A model generated the notes under the pieces. The model was given only the letters and a program-made list of their open reading frames with translations, was not told where the DNA came from and made no database searches. Below are positions 31,984 through 41,332 of a stretch of DNA of 64,000 bases, one piece after another; position 1 is the stretch's first letter, and each line of letters opens with the position of its first letter. Made by a program: the position numbers and the translations under genes. This stretch comes from Longimicrobiales bacterium. Lineage in GTDB: Bacteria > Gemmatimonadota > Gemmatimonadetes > Longimicrobiales > Gaopeijiaceae. The stretch covers positions 32,001-96,000 of the forward strand of contig CBDCKN010000003.1 of NCBI GenBank assembly GCA_965218295.1. Reading direction: 5' to 3'.

Positions 31984-34254
31984 ATGGCGATGCGGGACGG
32001 CAACGGACATGCGAACGTGGCGCTGGCCGAGGGGCTGGAGGAGCTTTGGCCGGTGCCCGGTTCCGTGGAGTCGGAGCTTGGGGACTGGCGGTCGCTGTAC
32101 GAGCGGGAGCGCGAGCGAGCGGAGGCGGCGGTGGCCCGCGCGGAGGAGTTGCGGTGGGCGGAGGTGCGGGCGCGCTGCGAAGCGGGATCGTGGAAGTGGC
32201 GGTGGGAGGCGTCGCGCCGGAAGCTGAGGGCGGTGATCGCGGAGACGCGGGAGGCCCGCCGCGCGGCGTGGGACGCCCTGGCGTTGCAGCGCGAGGTGGG
32301 GCGTCTGCACGGGCTGCTGCGGGAGGCCGGGGTGGACGCGGGGAAGCGCGGCACGGAGATGGCGCTTCGGATGGAGGTGGCACGGCTTCGCGAGGAGGGT
32401 TGGGCGCTGGAGAAGGCGCTCGATGCCCGCGCGGCCGAGGTGCAGAACCTTCACAAGGCCCGCATCGAAGCGGACGCGGACATCCTGGCGCTGCGGCGGC
32501 AGTTGCGCGAGATGCTCGAGATCCACGGCGAACTGTCGAAGCTGGGGGACCAGCGGGACCGGGTCGAGTCGCTGTCGGAGGAGGTCGGGGCGCTTCGCTG
32601 GGCGCTGAAGGTCTCGGAGGCGTCGAAGGGCCGCCTGACGGCGCGGCTGCGGCGTGCGGTCGAGGCGGGGCGGGCGCGGTCGCCGTCGGCCGCCGACGCG
32701 GAGTTGCGCAAGGCCTTGCGCAGATCGCGGCGCCAGAGGGCGACGATCGGCTCGCTGACGCGGGAGAAGACCCGGCTCGGCAGGAGGATGCGGGCGTCGC
32801 GGCGGCGGATCGAGCGCCTCGAGGGCCAACTGGCGAAGCTTCGCGCGTCGCGCACGGTGCTGCCGAAGGGGCAGTCCGGCGGCGCGTGCGAGAGGCAGGA
32901 GCGACCGCGTTCGGGGCGGCGGCGGGGCCAGCAGCCCGGCACGCCGGTCCACGGCCGCACCCCGCGCCCGGGGCTTGAGGAACGCACCGAGGAGCACAAC
33001 CCGCCCGCCGATGCGCGGGTGTGCCGGGGTTGCGGGAGCCCGTACGCGGCCAACGGCGCCGAGGAGTCGGCCCTCGTCGAGATCGAGGTCCGGGCGCACC
33101 GGCGGGTGATCCGCCGCCCGCGCTGGCGGCGGACGTGCGGGTGCGCGTCGTCGCCCGCCGAAGTGACGGCGCCCCCCGTGCCTCGGCTGTTCGCCCGCAC
33201 GCCGTACGGGACGAGCGTCTGGTCGCGCTTCCTGTTCGAGCGCTACGCGTGCCTGCGCCCGCTGCACCGGGTCTGCGGGTGGCTGTCCGACCAGGGTCTG
33301 CCGGTCTCGCCGGGCACGCTGGCGGACAGCGTGCACCGCTTGGCGCCGTTGTTCGAGCCGGTGGGCGCGGCGATCCTCGCGCACCAGAACGGCTCGGCGC
33401 TGCGCCATGCCGACGAGACCAGCTGGCGGGTGCGGGCGCTGCGCGACAGCGACGGATCGGGGTACGCGTGGCTGTGGATCTCGGTCGGCCGCGGCGCGGC
33501 CTACTTCCATGTGGATCCGTCACGCAGCGCCGAGGCGGCCCGGAAGCTGTTCGACGGGGCGCTGTGCCCGACGGTCCTCGTCTGCGACCGCTACAGCGGC
33601 TACAAGAAGCTGGCGCGTCTCCTCGGGGGCAGGGTCACGCTGTCGTTCTGCTGGGCGCACATGCGCAGGGACTTCATCCGGTGCGCGGCCGGGCACGTCC
33701 ATCTGACCGGCTGGTGCCGGGAGTGGCTCGGGCGGATCGCCACGGTCTACCGCCTGCACAAGGCGCGGCTGGAGCTCCACGACCCCGGCCTCGAGCGCCA
33801 GAGCCCGGCGTTCGACGCGGCGCACGACGCGCTGAGCGAGGCGCTCGGCGGCATGTTCGCGGCCTCCGAACGCCAACTCGCCCGCCTGTCGCCAAAGGCG
33901 AGGGAGGGAGGGCCGCTGCGCTCGCTCCTCAACCACCGCGAGGGGCTGAGCGTCTTCCTCGACCGGCCCCGCGTGCCGCTCGACAACAACCTCGCCGAGC
34001 GGCTGCTGCGCGGCCCGGCCATCGGGCGGCGCCTGTCGTTCGGCTCCGACAGCGAGTCCGGCGCCCGGTTCACCGCGCTCATGTACTCGGTGACCGGCAC
34101 CCTGAGGCTGAACGGCCTCGACGTGCCGCGCTGGCTCGCCGACTGGTTGGCGGCGTGCGCGCGCGGCGGCGGTCGCCCGCCGGGCGACCTGTCGCCCTGG
34201 CTGCCGTGGTCGATGGACGCCGGACGCAGGCGCGAAATGACGGCGTCCGCATGA
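31984..34254 (+). CDS. IS66-family DDE transposase (TnpC-like) with long N-terminal coiled-coil extension
   Basis: GQQPG, CRGCG zinc-finger, HADETSW, VCDRYSGY, CWAHMRRDF, DNNLAERLLR. Confidence 0.92.
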   Translation: MAMRDGNGHANVALAEGLEELWPVPGSVESELGDWRSLYERERERAEAAVARAEELRWAEVRARCEAGSWKWRWEASRRKLRAVIAETREARRAAWDALALQREVGRLHGLLREAGVDAGKRGTEMALRMEVARLREEGWALEKALDARAAEVQNLHKARIEADADILALRRQLREMLEIHGELSKLGDQRDRVESLSEEVGALRWALKVSEASKGRLTARLRRAVEAGRARSPSAADAELRKALRRSRRQRATIGSLTREKTRLGRRMRASRRRIERLEGQLAKLRASRTVLPKGQSGGACERQERPRSGRRRGQQPGTPVHGRTPRPGLEERTEEHNPPADARVCRGCGSPYAANGAEESALVEIEVRAHRRVIRRPRWRRTCGCASSPAEVTAPPVPRLFARTPYGTSVWSRFLFERYACLRPLHRVCGWLSDQGLPVSPGTLADSVHRLAPLFEPVGAAILAHQNGSALRHADETSWRVRALRDSDGSGYAWLWISVGRGAAYFHVDPSRSAEAARKLFDGALCPTVLVCDRYSGYKKLARLLGGRVTLSFCWAHMRRDFIRCAAGHVHLTGWCREWLGRIATVYRLHKARLELHDPGLERQSPAFDAAHDALSEALGGMFAASERQLARLSPKAREGGPLRSLLNHREGLSVFLDRPRVPLDNNLAERLLRGPAIGRRLSFGSDSESGARFTALMYSVTGTLRLNGLDVPRWLADWLAACARGGGRPPGDLSPWLPWSMDAGRRREMTASA

Positions 34255-35132
34255 GCGAGCGCATCGAATGCCGCTACCACGGGCGCGACTTCACCGCCGC
34301 GGAAATGGCGCTGCTGCGCCGACTGATCGCCGGACCGCCCGCGCTCAACCGCCACGCCCTGTCGAAGGAGTTCTGCCGGCGCATCGGCTGGTTCAAGCCC
34401 GACGGCGGGCTCAAGGACATGATGGCGCGCGTCACCATGCTCGCCATGCACAGCGACGGCCTCATCGTCCTGCCGCCCCCGAAGTGGAGGCAGAAACGAC
34501 CCGGCCCCATCGTCTTCGGACAGGACACCGAACCGCCCCTCTTCCCCCCGCCCACGATCCTCGACGAGGTCCGCCCCCTCGAACTCCGCACCGTCGTCGG
34601 CGGCACCCGACAGGGCAGGCTGTGGAACGAGTTCGTCGCGCGCCACCACTATCTCGGCTACAAGACCCTCGTCGGCGCCCAGATGCGCTACGCCGTCCAC
34701 GACCGCAACGGCTGGCCGCTCGCCATACTCGGCTTCAGCACCGCCGCCTGGTCCCTCGCTCCACGCGACCGCTTCATCGGATGGACCCCGACCCTGCGAA
34801 AGAAGAACCTGCCGCTCGTCATCGACAACCCCAGGTTCCTCATCCTGCCCTGGATCCGCATCCCCAACCTCGGATCCCACATCCTCGCCCTCGTCCGCCG
34901 CCGCCTGCCCCGCGACTGGACCCGCCGCTACAACACCACCCCCGTCCTCATCGAGACCTTCGTCGAGGTCCCCCGCTTCACCGGCGGCGTCTACAGGGCC
35001 TCCGGTTGGATCCGCGTCGGTACCACACGGGGACGAGGGCGCTACGACACCGCCAAGCAGTACGGCAAGCCCACCAAGGATGTCTGGCTCCGCCCGCTCG
35101 CCAAGCACTGGAAGCGCATCCTCAACCGCTGA
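34251..35132 (+). CDS. DUF4338 domain protein (Druantia DruA-like), 293 aa
   Basis: HHYLGY, GAQMRY, RDRFIGW, RFLILPW, NLGSHIL, LIETFVE, GGVYRASGW, GTTRGRGR; ATGA overlap with transposase stop. Confidence 0.88.
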   Translation: MSERIECRYHGRDFTAAEMALLRRLIAGPPALNRHALSKEFCRRIGWFKPDGGLKDMMARVTMLAMHSDGLIVLPPPKWRQKRPGPIVFGQDTEPPLFPPPTILDEVRPLELRTVVGGTRQGRLWNEFVARHHYLGYKTLVGAQMRYAVHDRNGWPLAILGFSTAAWSLAPRDRFIGWTPTLRKKNLPLVIDNPRFLILPWIRIPNLGSHILALVRRRLPRDWTRRYNTTPVLIETFVEVPRFTGGVYRASGWIRVGTTRGRGRYDTAKQYGKPTKDVWLRPLAKHWKRILNR

Positions 35133-35143
35133 GCACCCCCACA

Positions 35144-35192
35144 CACACGATCCGACAACACGACGCTCCCCACGGCTTGGCCGAACAGTTAC
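35144..35192 (-). repeat. Right terminal inverted repeat
   Basis: Exact reverse complement of 31891-31939. Confidence 0.95.
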
Positions 35193-36532
35193 ATGTCGAT
35201 CCGCTCCGCCCTCGTGATCAGATAGAGATCGTTCTGTGCAGGATGGGAAGCGGCCTGGCGGAGCGCGTCGAGCTCGTCGCTCGAGAAGCCGCCCTCGATC
35301 TGCAGGACGAGGTCCCGCCCCACACCCTCCTGGAAGATGTCCGGGAAGTTAGGGCTGGGGAACCAGGGGGTCGCGTAGTGCGTGGCAGGTGGTAGCTCGA
35401 GGTGCTCCGGGTGCGGCCCAGCGGAACCGACAAAGGCCACGTTGTTCATAGCCCGCCCCGCCTCCAAGGCGTCGATGGTAGGATCAGTGTCCACGCGATA
35501 GCGGCGAAGCGCCTCCGCCGCTCCCGCCATCTCCTGGACGGAGAGGAACTGGGGGATGGCGATGTCCGCCAGAACGGGACCCACAGAGCTGGCCAGGGAG
35601 ACCGTGATGGTCGGGACGACGACCACGATGAAGAGGAGCACCACCAGGAAGGCGGCGCTTCGAAAACGCCGGCCTTGACCGAGGGAACCCGCCCCCATGA
35701 CCACCTGGTCCCCTGCCTCCTCCAGCTCGTTCGTCCAGTCCACGACCTCCTGATGGATCCGCTCGATGCCGCCTTCCTGCGCCCGCCAGGCTGACAGGGC
35801 CAGTCGGACTCGGACGAACTGGAACCCGTGGATGGTTCCCCCGAACACGAGGAACACGAGCGTCGGTGCCAAGGTCACCAGCCAGATCTCTCGCTCGGTG
35901 AGAAGCTCACGGGCGGCCAGCACCACGGATAGCGAAAAGCCCACAGCGAGCCAGAGAGCACCAGCGAGGATCAAGGCCGCCGCGGCGAGACGCAGTTTGG
36001 TGAGCCGGGTCCGGTCGGCCTCGGAAAACCGGGAAAAGTGCCGTTTCCCCATGAGGAGGAACCCCTGGTCACGACGGAGATCCGTGGCGACCTCGGCGAT
36101 GGTCAGCAAGCCATACCCGAGGTCGGCGGCACGCCCACCTGCCCTCACCAGAGACTGAAGGAGGAAGAACGCCCCGAACAGAATCGCGGCGCCCACGAGA
36201 CTTACGGTCAGCCCCAGGGCCCAGTTGTCCTCCAGCGGACCGAGGCTCCAGAACTCCTGGGGTGTGGCCAGGGACCAGATGAGGGGAGTCACCAGGACGA
36301 TGCTTCCCAGCCAGGCCAGCGTCGTGATCTTCCAGAGAGCTCCCTGTATCCACTCGAACCCCGGGGGCGGCCAGGGTAGACGTACCCCACTCCGGTCTTC
36401 TCTGGTGCCCTTACGGAACTGTTGCGCCGGGGCGTCTTTCGACGCCTCGGGATACGGCGGCGGCCCACCTGAAGACTCCGGGGGTGACGTGGGTGGCGTC
36501 GGCTCCGGTGGGGTCAGTTCGTCTTCGCTCAT
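35193..36532 (-). pseudogene. 5' part of the IS-interrupted multi-TM hypothetical gene
   Basis: MSEDELTPPEP start with RBS, about five hydrophobic segments, ends AERIDM at the target duplication. Confidence 0.85.
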
Positions 36533-36634
36533 TGTGCTTCCTCTAGGCGGTGAACCGTCGAGACGGGGCCTGTAGGAATACCGACTCAAGAGCCTGCTTT
36601 GGGCAAGGACTTTCCTACCGCTGTCCGGTCTCCG

Positions 36635-38800
36635 TCAACCTTCTCGGATGGGCTCAGTGGGAGCGTGGAGCTCGAGTGGCTGTGACGAGTCGGCGACGGC
36701 GCTCCCGCGCCCCGAGAGACTCGGATTGGTCATGAAGTAGCTGTGAGCGTCGAAGGGATCGTCATCCGGCGCGGCACGCTGGTATGTCCGGTCCGGCTGA
36801 AGGTACCAGCTCTGGAGAGTGTCCCTGAGGTTGGCCTGCATGATCTCGTCGAGGACCTGACTGTGGACCGTGGGGTTCTCGATGGGGACGAGGTGCTCGA
36901 CCCTCCGATAGAGGTTCCGAGGCATCCAATCCGCCGATGAGATGAAGACCTTCGCGGAGCGTGATGGCAGTGGGTGCCCGCTCCCGAAGCAGACGATGCG
37001 GCTGTGCTCCAGGAAGCGTCCCACGATGCTCTTGACGGTGATGTTCTCAGAGAGGCCCGGGATCCCCGGTCGTAGGCAACAGATCCCCCTCACCACGAGA
37101 GAGATCTGGACCCCCGCCTGTGACGCCCGGTAGAGGGCGTCGATGATGCTGCCGTCCACCAGGGCGTTCAGCTTCGCCCAGATGGTGGCAGGTCGGCCGG
37201 CCTCGGCGTGGGCCATCTCCTCCTCCATGAGCTTCACGAGGGTGTCGTGCAGATCGAAAGGGGCGACCACGAGCTTGTTCAGATTGCGCGGGCGGCCGTA
37301 CCCGGTGGTGAAGTTGAAGACCCGAGCGGCGTCGCCGCAGAGGTCTTCGTCACAGGTGAAGTAAGAAAGGTCTGTGTACACCCGCGCATTGACGGGATGG
37401 TAGTTGCCAGTGCCGATGTGGGCGTACGAGCGGAGCTCGCTCTCCTCCCGCCGCACCACGAGGGAAAGCTTGGCGTGGGTCTTCAGGTCCATGAAGCCGT
37501 AGACCACATGCACACCTGACGCCTCCATCTTCTGCGCCAGGCGGATGTTCGCCTCCTCGTCGAATCGAGCCTTCAGCTCCACGAGCGCCGTTACGCTCTT
37601 TCCGGCCTCCGCCGCTTCGATGAGCTCGCCCACGATGGGCGAGTCGTCGCTGGTCCGGTAGAGCGTCTGCTTGATGGCCACGACGTCCGGATCGCGGGCC
37701 GCCTGGCGGACGAACTGTACGACCACGTCGAAGCTCTCGAACGGATGGTGAACCAGCAGATCCTTCGCTCGAATGGCCGCGAAGTGGTCTCCGTCGAAGT
37801 CCCGAATCCGCTCCGGAAAGCGTGGGGTGAAGGGGCTGAAGACGAGGTCGGGGCGGTCGGGTGTGATCAGCTCAGCCAGATCCCCCAGGCCCAAGAGGCC
37901 CCCGGCCTGGAACACACTGTTCGCCTCGGCTGCCAACTCGATGATGAGGAAGTCCCTCATCTCCTTGGACATGAAAGTCGACACGCGAAGGGAGATGACC
38001 GATCCCCTCTTCCGGCGCTTGACCAGCGACTCGAACTCCTGCAACAGATCCTCCGCCTTCTCCTGGATCTCCACCTCGGAGTCCCTGAGGACCCGGAAAT
38101 GCTCCACCTCTTCCACCTCGAACCCGGGGAAGAGCGTGTGCAGGTATCTGCAGATCAGCTCCTCCACTCTCAGGAAGCGCGGCTTCTTCAACTTCCCGGG
38201 GAGGCGCACGAAGCGGGGCATCTGCAACGGGAGGGGCAGCAACGCCGACATCCGCCCGCCGCTCTCCGGACGGCGAAGGGAGAGAGCGAGGCACAGTCCA
38301 CCGTTGGGTATGAACGGGAAGGGGTGAGCCGGATCCACGGCTAGGGGCGTGAGCACCGGAAAGACTTGACGGATGAAATAGTCGTCCATCCACTCTTCGT
38401 CTTTCGTCTTTAGATCCGAGGGATGGAGGACCGACACCCCCTTTGCGGCAAGCTCCTCGCGGAGGACCTGCCAGATCTCCTGCTGGCGCGTCATCAGCTT
38501 CGCCGCCCGGCTGTTGACCTGGCGAAACTGCTGGAGGGGCGTTCTCCCGTCCTGGCTCAGAGACGTGACCCCGGCCTTTACCTGCGCCCTCAGGCCGGCG
38601 ACCCGGACCATGAAGAACTCGTCTAGGTTGGTACCGGAGATGGAGAGAAATCGGACGCGTTCGAGAAGGGGGTGCCGCTCGTTCATCGCCTCCTCGAGGA
38701 CGCGCTCGTTGAACGCCAACCAGGACAGCTCCCGGTTGATGAAGCGCTTGCGCGAGCGTGGCCCGATGGCCGCGAGATCCTTGGTCGCGACGTCTTCCAC
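36635..38800 (-). CDS. ppk1: Polyphosphate kinase 1
   Basis: NRELSWLAFNERVL, NLDEFFMVRVAGL, HHPFESF, IKQTLYRT, KARFDEEANI, KTHAK, GTGNY, GRFLEHSR, SADWMPRNL. Confidence 0.97.
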   Translation of the reverse strand: MEDVATKDLAAIGPRSRKRFINRELSWLAFNERVLEEAMNERHPLLERVRFLSISGTNLDEFFMVRVAGLRAQVKAGVTSLSQDGRTPLQQFRQVNSRAAKLMTRQQEIWQVLREELAAKGVSVLHPSDLKTKDEEWMDDYFIRQVFPVLTPLAVDPAHPFPFIPNGGLCLALSLRRPESGGRMSALLPLPLQMPRFVRLPGKLKKPRFLRVEELICRYLHTLFPGFEVEEVEHFRVLRDSEVEIQEKAEDLLQEFESLVKRRKRGSVISLRVSTFMSKEMRDFLIIELAAEANSVFQAGGLLGLGDLAELITPDRPDLVFSPFTPRFPERIRDFDGDHFAAIRAKDLLVHHPFESFDVVVQFVRQAARDPDVVAIKQTLYRTSDDSPIVGELIEAAEAGKSVTALVELKARFDEEANIRLAQKMEASGVHVVYGFMDLKTHAKLSLVVRREESELRSYAHIGTGNYHPVNARVYTDLSYFTCDEDLCGDAARVFNFTTGYGRPRNLNKLVVAPFDLHDTLVKLMEEEMAHAEAGRPATIWAKLNALVDGSIIDALYRASQAGVQISLVVRGICCLRPGIPGLSENITVKSIVGRFLEHSRIVCFGSGHPLPSRSAKVFISSADWMPRNLYRRVEHLVPIENPTVHSQVLDEIMQANLRDTLQSWYLQPDRTYQRAAPDDDPFDAHSYFMTNPSLSGRGSAVADSSQPLELHAPTEPIREG

Positions 38801-38892
38801 GGTGGTCCCCCCCTGTCGGAGAAGCGAAAACCGCCCCCGGGGCGGTTCTTTTATACTAGCACGTTGAGCGCCAAATGTTTATGGGTATAGGC

Positions 38893-39405
38893 ATGAGGAC
38901 TCTCTACCTGCTCCGTCACGCCAAGTCGAGCTGGGCCGATCCGTCGCTGGCCGATCACGACCGCCCATTGAACGGCCGGGGAAGACGAGCGGCCCCATTG
39001 ATGGGTGCGTACCTCCGAGAGGGCGGTCACCGACCGGACCTAGTTCTCTGCTCCACCGCCGCCCGCACCCGGGAGACGCTGGCGGCCGTGATGGAGGAGC
39101 TGGACGTCGAGCCCGAGATCGACTGGGACGGCGACCTCTACCTGGCTGCGCCTCAAGAACTGCTCGACCTCGTTCGGGCGGTGCCTGACACGGTCGAGTC
39201 CGTTCTCATGGTAGCCCACAACCCCGGAACGGCCATCCTGGCCCACGTACTCTGTGCCGACGGAGACGCTGCCGAGCTCGACCTCATGCGCACCAAGTTT
39301 TCGACCGCCGCCCTGGCGATAATCGACCTGGAGGTAGATCGTTGGGAAGAGGTGCGAAGCGACTGCGGACGCCTGAGGAGCTTCACGCGACCTCGGGACC
39401 TCTAG
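38893..39405 (+). CDS. sixA: SixA-like histidine phosphatase
   Basis: LLRHAKSSW, DHDRPLNGRG, STAARTRET, VAHNPG. Confidence 0.9.
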   Translation: MRTLYLLRHAKSSWADPSLADHDRPLNGRGRRAAPLMGAYLREGGHRPDLVLCSTAARTRETLAAVMEELDVEPEIDWDGDLYLAAPQELLDLVRAVPDTVESVLMVAHNPGTAILAHVLCADGDAAELDLMRTKFSTAALAIIDLEVDRWEEVRSDCGRLRSFTRPRDL

Positions 39406-39461
39406 TGATGCTTCTCCCGGTTCCGCTCCCGTCATCTCGTGATATGTGCTGGAGGTGCACC

Positions 39462-39698
39462 ATGCTGAGGAATGTTTCGCTGACGGCGTTGGCCGGCATG
39501 ACCATCGTCCTGCTGGGCTGCTCCGGTGGCGGGAACGCCGGCGACAACCCCGCCGATACCCTGACGCGGCGTCAAAAGGACAGCATCATCGCCACCTTCC
39601 CGATTCCTGGAGCGCGTGGAGTGGGCAAGGCCCTCGATGCCCTGGAGAAGTCCAACGCGCGGGCGGCCCAGCACGACTCCGTCGCCCTCGGCCGCTGA
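39462..39698 (+). CDS. Small hypothetical lipoprotein
   Basis: RBS GGAGG, lipobox LLGC. Confidence 0.7.
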   Translation: MLRNVSLTALAGMTIVLLGCSGGGNAGDNPADTLTRRQKDSIIATFPIPGARGVGKALDALEKSNARAAQHDSVALGR

Positions 39699-39877
39699 CC
39701 CTCCGAAGGGATCCCTGCCGGAAGTTCCCCGTTTCCGGGGCTTCGTACGTGGCGTTTCTGCCTACGTAATCGTCGGGTCGCGCTACGTATTCCGACGTAT
39801 CGAGCCGGCAAGCCGCTCTGACCATCGTTCTCCTGTGGGACCACCCCACGCCCGAAACTCTTGAAGGAGAACGAAAG

Positions 39878-40423
39878 ATGTCACGCACCGTACTCGCCTA
39901 CACGATCGCAGCCCTGGCCCTGAGCGCAGGAACCGTCGCCGCTCAGGAGCCCTTGGTCCCGGAGGACATGCGGGTCAAGAAGCTCCCCCGGCAGAAGCTC
40001 AGCGGTCCACGCTTCGGCTTCACCGTATTCACGGGGGACGTCGCGGATCAGAGGGACGACGCCGGCCTCGAGCCAATGATGACGCAGTTCGGCTGGCAGT
40101 GGGAAACCCAGATCGTATCGATGCAGGGAGGGAATCAAGCCCTCATGGAGTGGATTCTGCTGGTCGGCGGCGTGGAGCAGAGCGAGTTCAGCCTGTCCTT
40201 GGGCTGGCTGGCGGGATACCGGCTCGAAAACGGCGTCGAATTCGGTGTCGGCCCGAACTTCAGCGTGAACAAGGACAACGACTGGGAGCCGAACACCTCG
40301 ATGGTTTTCGCAGCCGGCTCCACTCTGCCGTTCGGTGATCTCTACCTGCCCCTGAACCTGGCGGTCAGTGTGGCGAAGGGTGGGCCGAGGATCACCATGC
40401 TCATGGGATGGATCGTGGGCTGA
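39878..40423 (+). CDS. Hypothetical secreted protein, small beta-barrel-like
   Basis: RBS AAGGAG, signal peptide (VAA-Q), amphipathic beta-strand pattern. Confidence 0.7.
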   Translation: MSRTVLAYTIAALALSAGTVAAQEPLVPEDMRVKKLPRQKLSGPRFGFTVFTGDVADQRDDAGLEPMMTQFGWQWETQIVSMQGGNQALMEWILLVGGVEQSEFSLSLGWLAGYRLENGVEFGVGPNFSVNKDNDWEPNTSMVFAAGSTLPFGDLYLPLNLAVSVAKGGPRITMLMGWIVG

Positions 40424-40571
40424 TGGAGAAGCCAGACACGGCGCATCGATCCCTGGGACGTTCGCCGCTGCTACCGGGTCCCTCTCCCTCGAGGGAGGCG
40501 ATCCGGTGGCAGAGCGGCCCCCGGGGGATCACCCGTCGTTGGACTGCGGCGCCTTGGGCTCGCTTGGTCGG

Positions 40572-40961
40572 TCAGCCGTGGGTGAGCGTCCAGACGTATG
40601 CGGCGACCGCCTTCACCTGGTCATCGGTGATAGCCGAGCCACCCTTGGGAGGCATGATCATGCCAAGGGTGTTCTTGACTTCCGCCAGGGAGACTCCGTT
40701 GGTGATCTGGTCGATGAGCTCCGGGTAGGTCCCCTCGCCCGTGAGCCACTCGCCGTCGGTGAGATTCGGACCCACGGCCCCGGAGCCGTCCATTCCGTGG
40801 CACACGGCGCACAGGCCTGCACCCATGAAGATCGTCTGGCCCTCTTGGACCATCGCCTCGGTCACGCCCTCAGGCAGTGCCTCCTGAGCCTGAAGGCTGG
40901 AAGCGCCGATGAGGGCAATGGCGAGTCCGGCAAACGTCAGGGAAATACGCTTCATTTCCAT
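40572..40961 (-). CDS. Monoheme cytochrome c
   Basis: Signal peptide, CAVCH, GPNLTD, MPPKGG, VAAYV. Confidence 0.92.
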   Translation of the reverse strand: MEMKRISLTFAGLAIALIGASSLQAQEALPEGVTEAMVQEGQTIFMGAGLCAVCHGMDGSGAVGPNLTDGEWLTGEGTYPELIDQITNGVSLAEVKNTLGMIMPPKGGSAITDDQVKAVAAYVWTLTHG

Positions 40962-41332
40962 CCCCTACTCTGATGTACGCACCGACGACCGTCGCGAGAC
41001 CACCCCGGACACTTTCCGTCAGATGAATCCTCGAAGATAAAATCGCCACGCCGTGATCCCAAGACTGGTGAGGTCGAAGACGGGCATGCCCGTGGGGGAG
41101 GTCGGGTTTGACCGCCCTGCACCGTCCACGGCGGGTGACACCCGGTGTCCCGCTTATCGGTCATACGAACGACCCGTCGAGTCAACAAACACGCGGTATT
41201 ACAGGGATTCGGTCATCGGCATGCATCTTGCCCGTAGAAGCGTAGTCGAGCCAAGCTCGAAACGCATTGCCCTGGTCCGCGGGATGGCCCGGAGGTAGTG
41301 TCAATCGTCGGGTTATCGCCTGGAGGTGCAAC

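Larger units (their letters stand above)
31891..35192 (+). mobile_element. IS66-family insertion sequence (3302 bp) with a DUF4338 passenger gene
   Basis: Perfect 49-bp terminal inverted repeats beginning GTAA (31891-31939 / 35144-35192); 8-bp direct repeat ATGTCGAT at 31883-31890 and 35193-35200. Confidence 0.95.

Noticed and set aside
31153..33510. 785-aa minus-strand ORF as a single gene
   Set aside because: Only 31153-31890 is real coding sequence; the rest is antisense of the transposase read through the IS end
33021..35132. 703-aa ORF as a transposase-DUF4338 fusion or programmed frameshift product
   Set aside because: The portion before 34251 is an off-frame read of the transposase; the ATGA overlap explains the layout and no slippery site was seen
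34251..35132. Complete Druantia defence system
   Set aside because: No DruE-like helicase or other dru genes in the window
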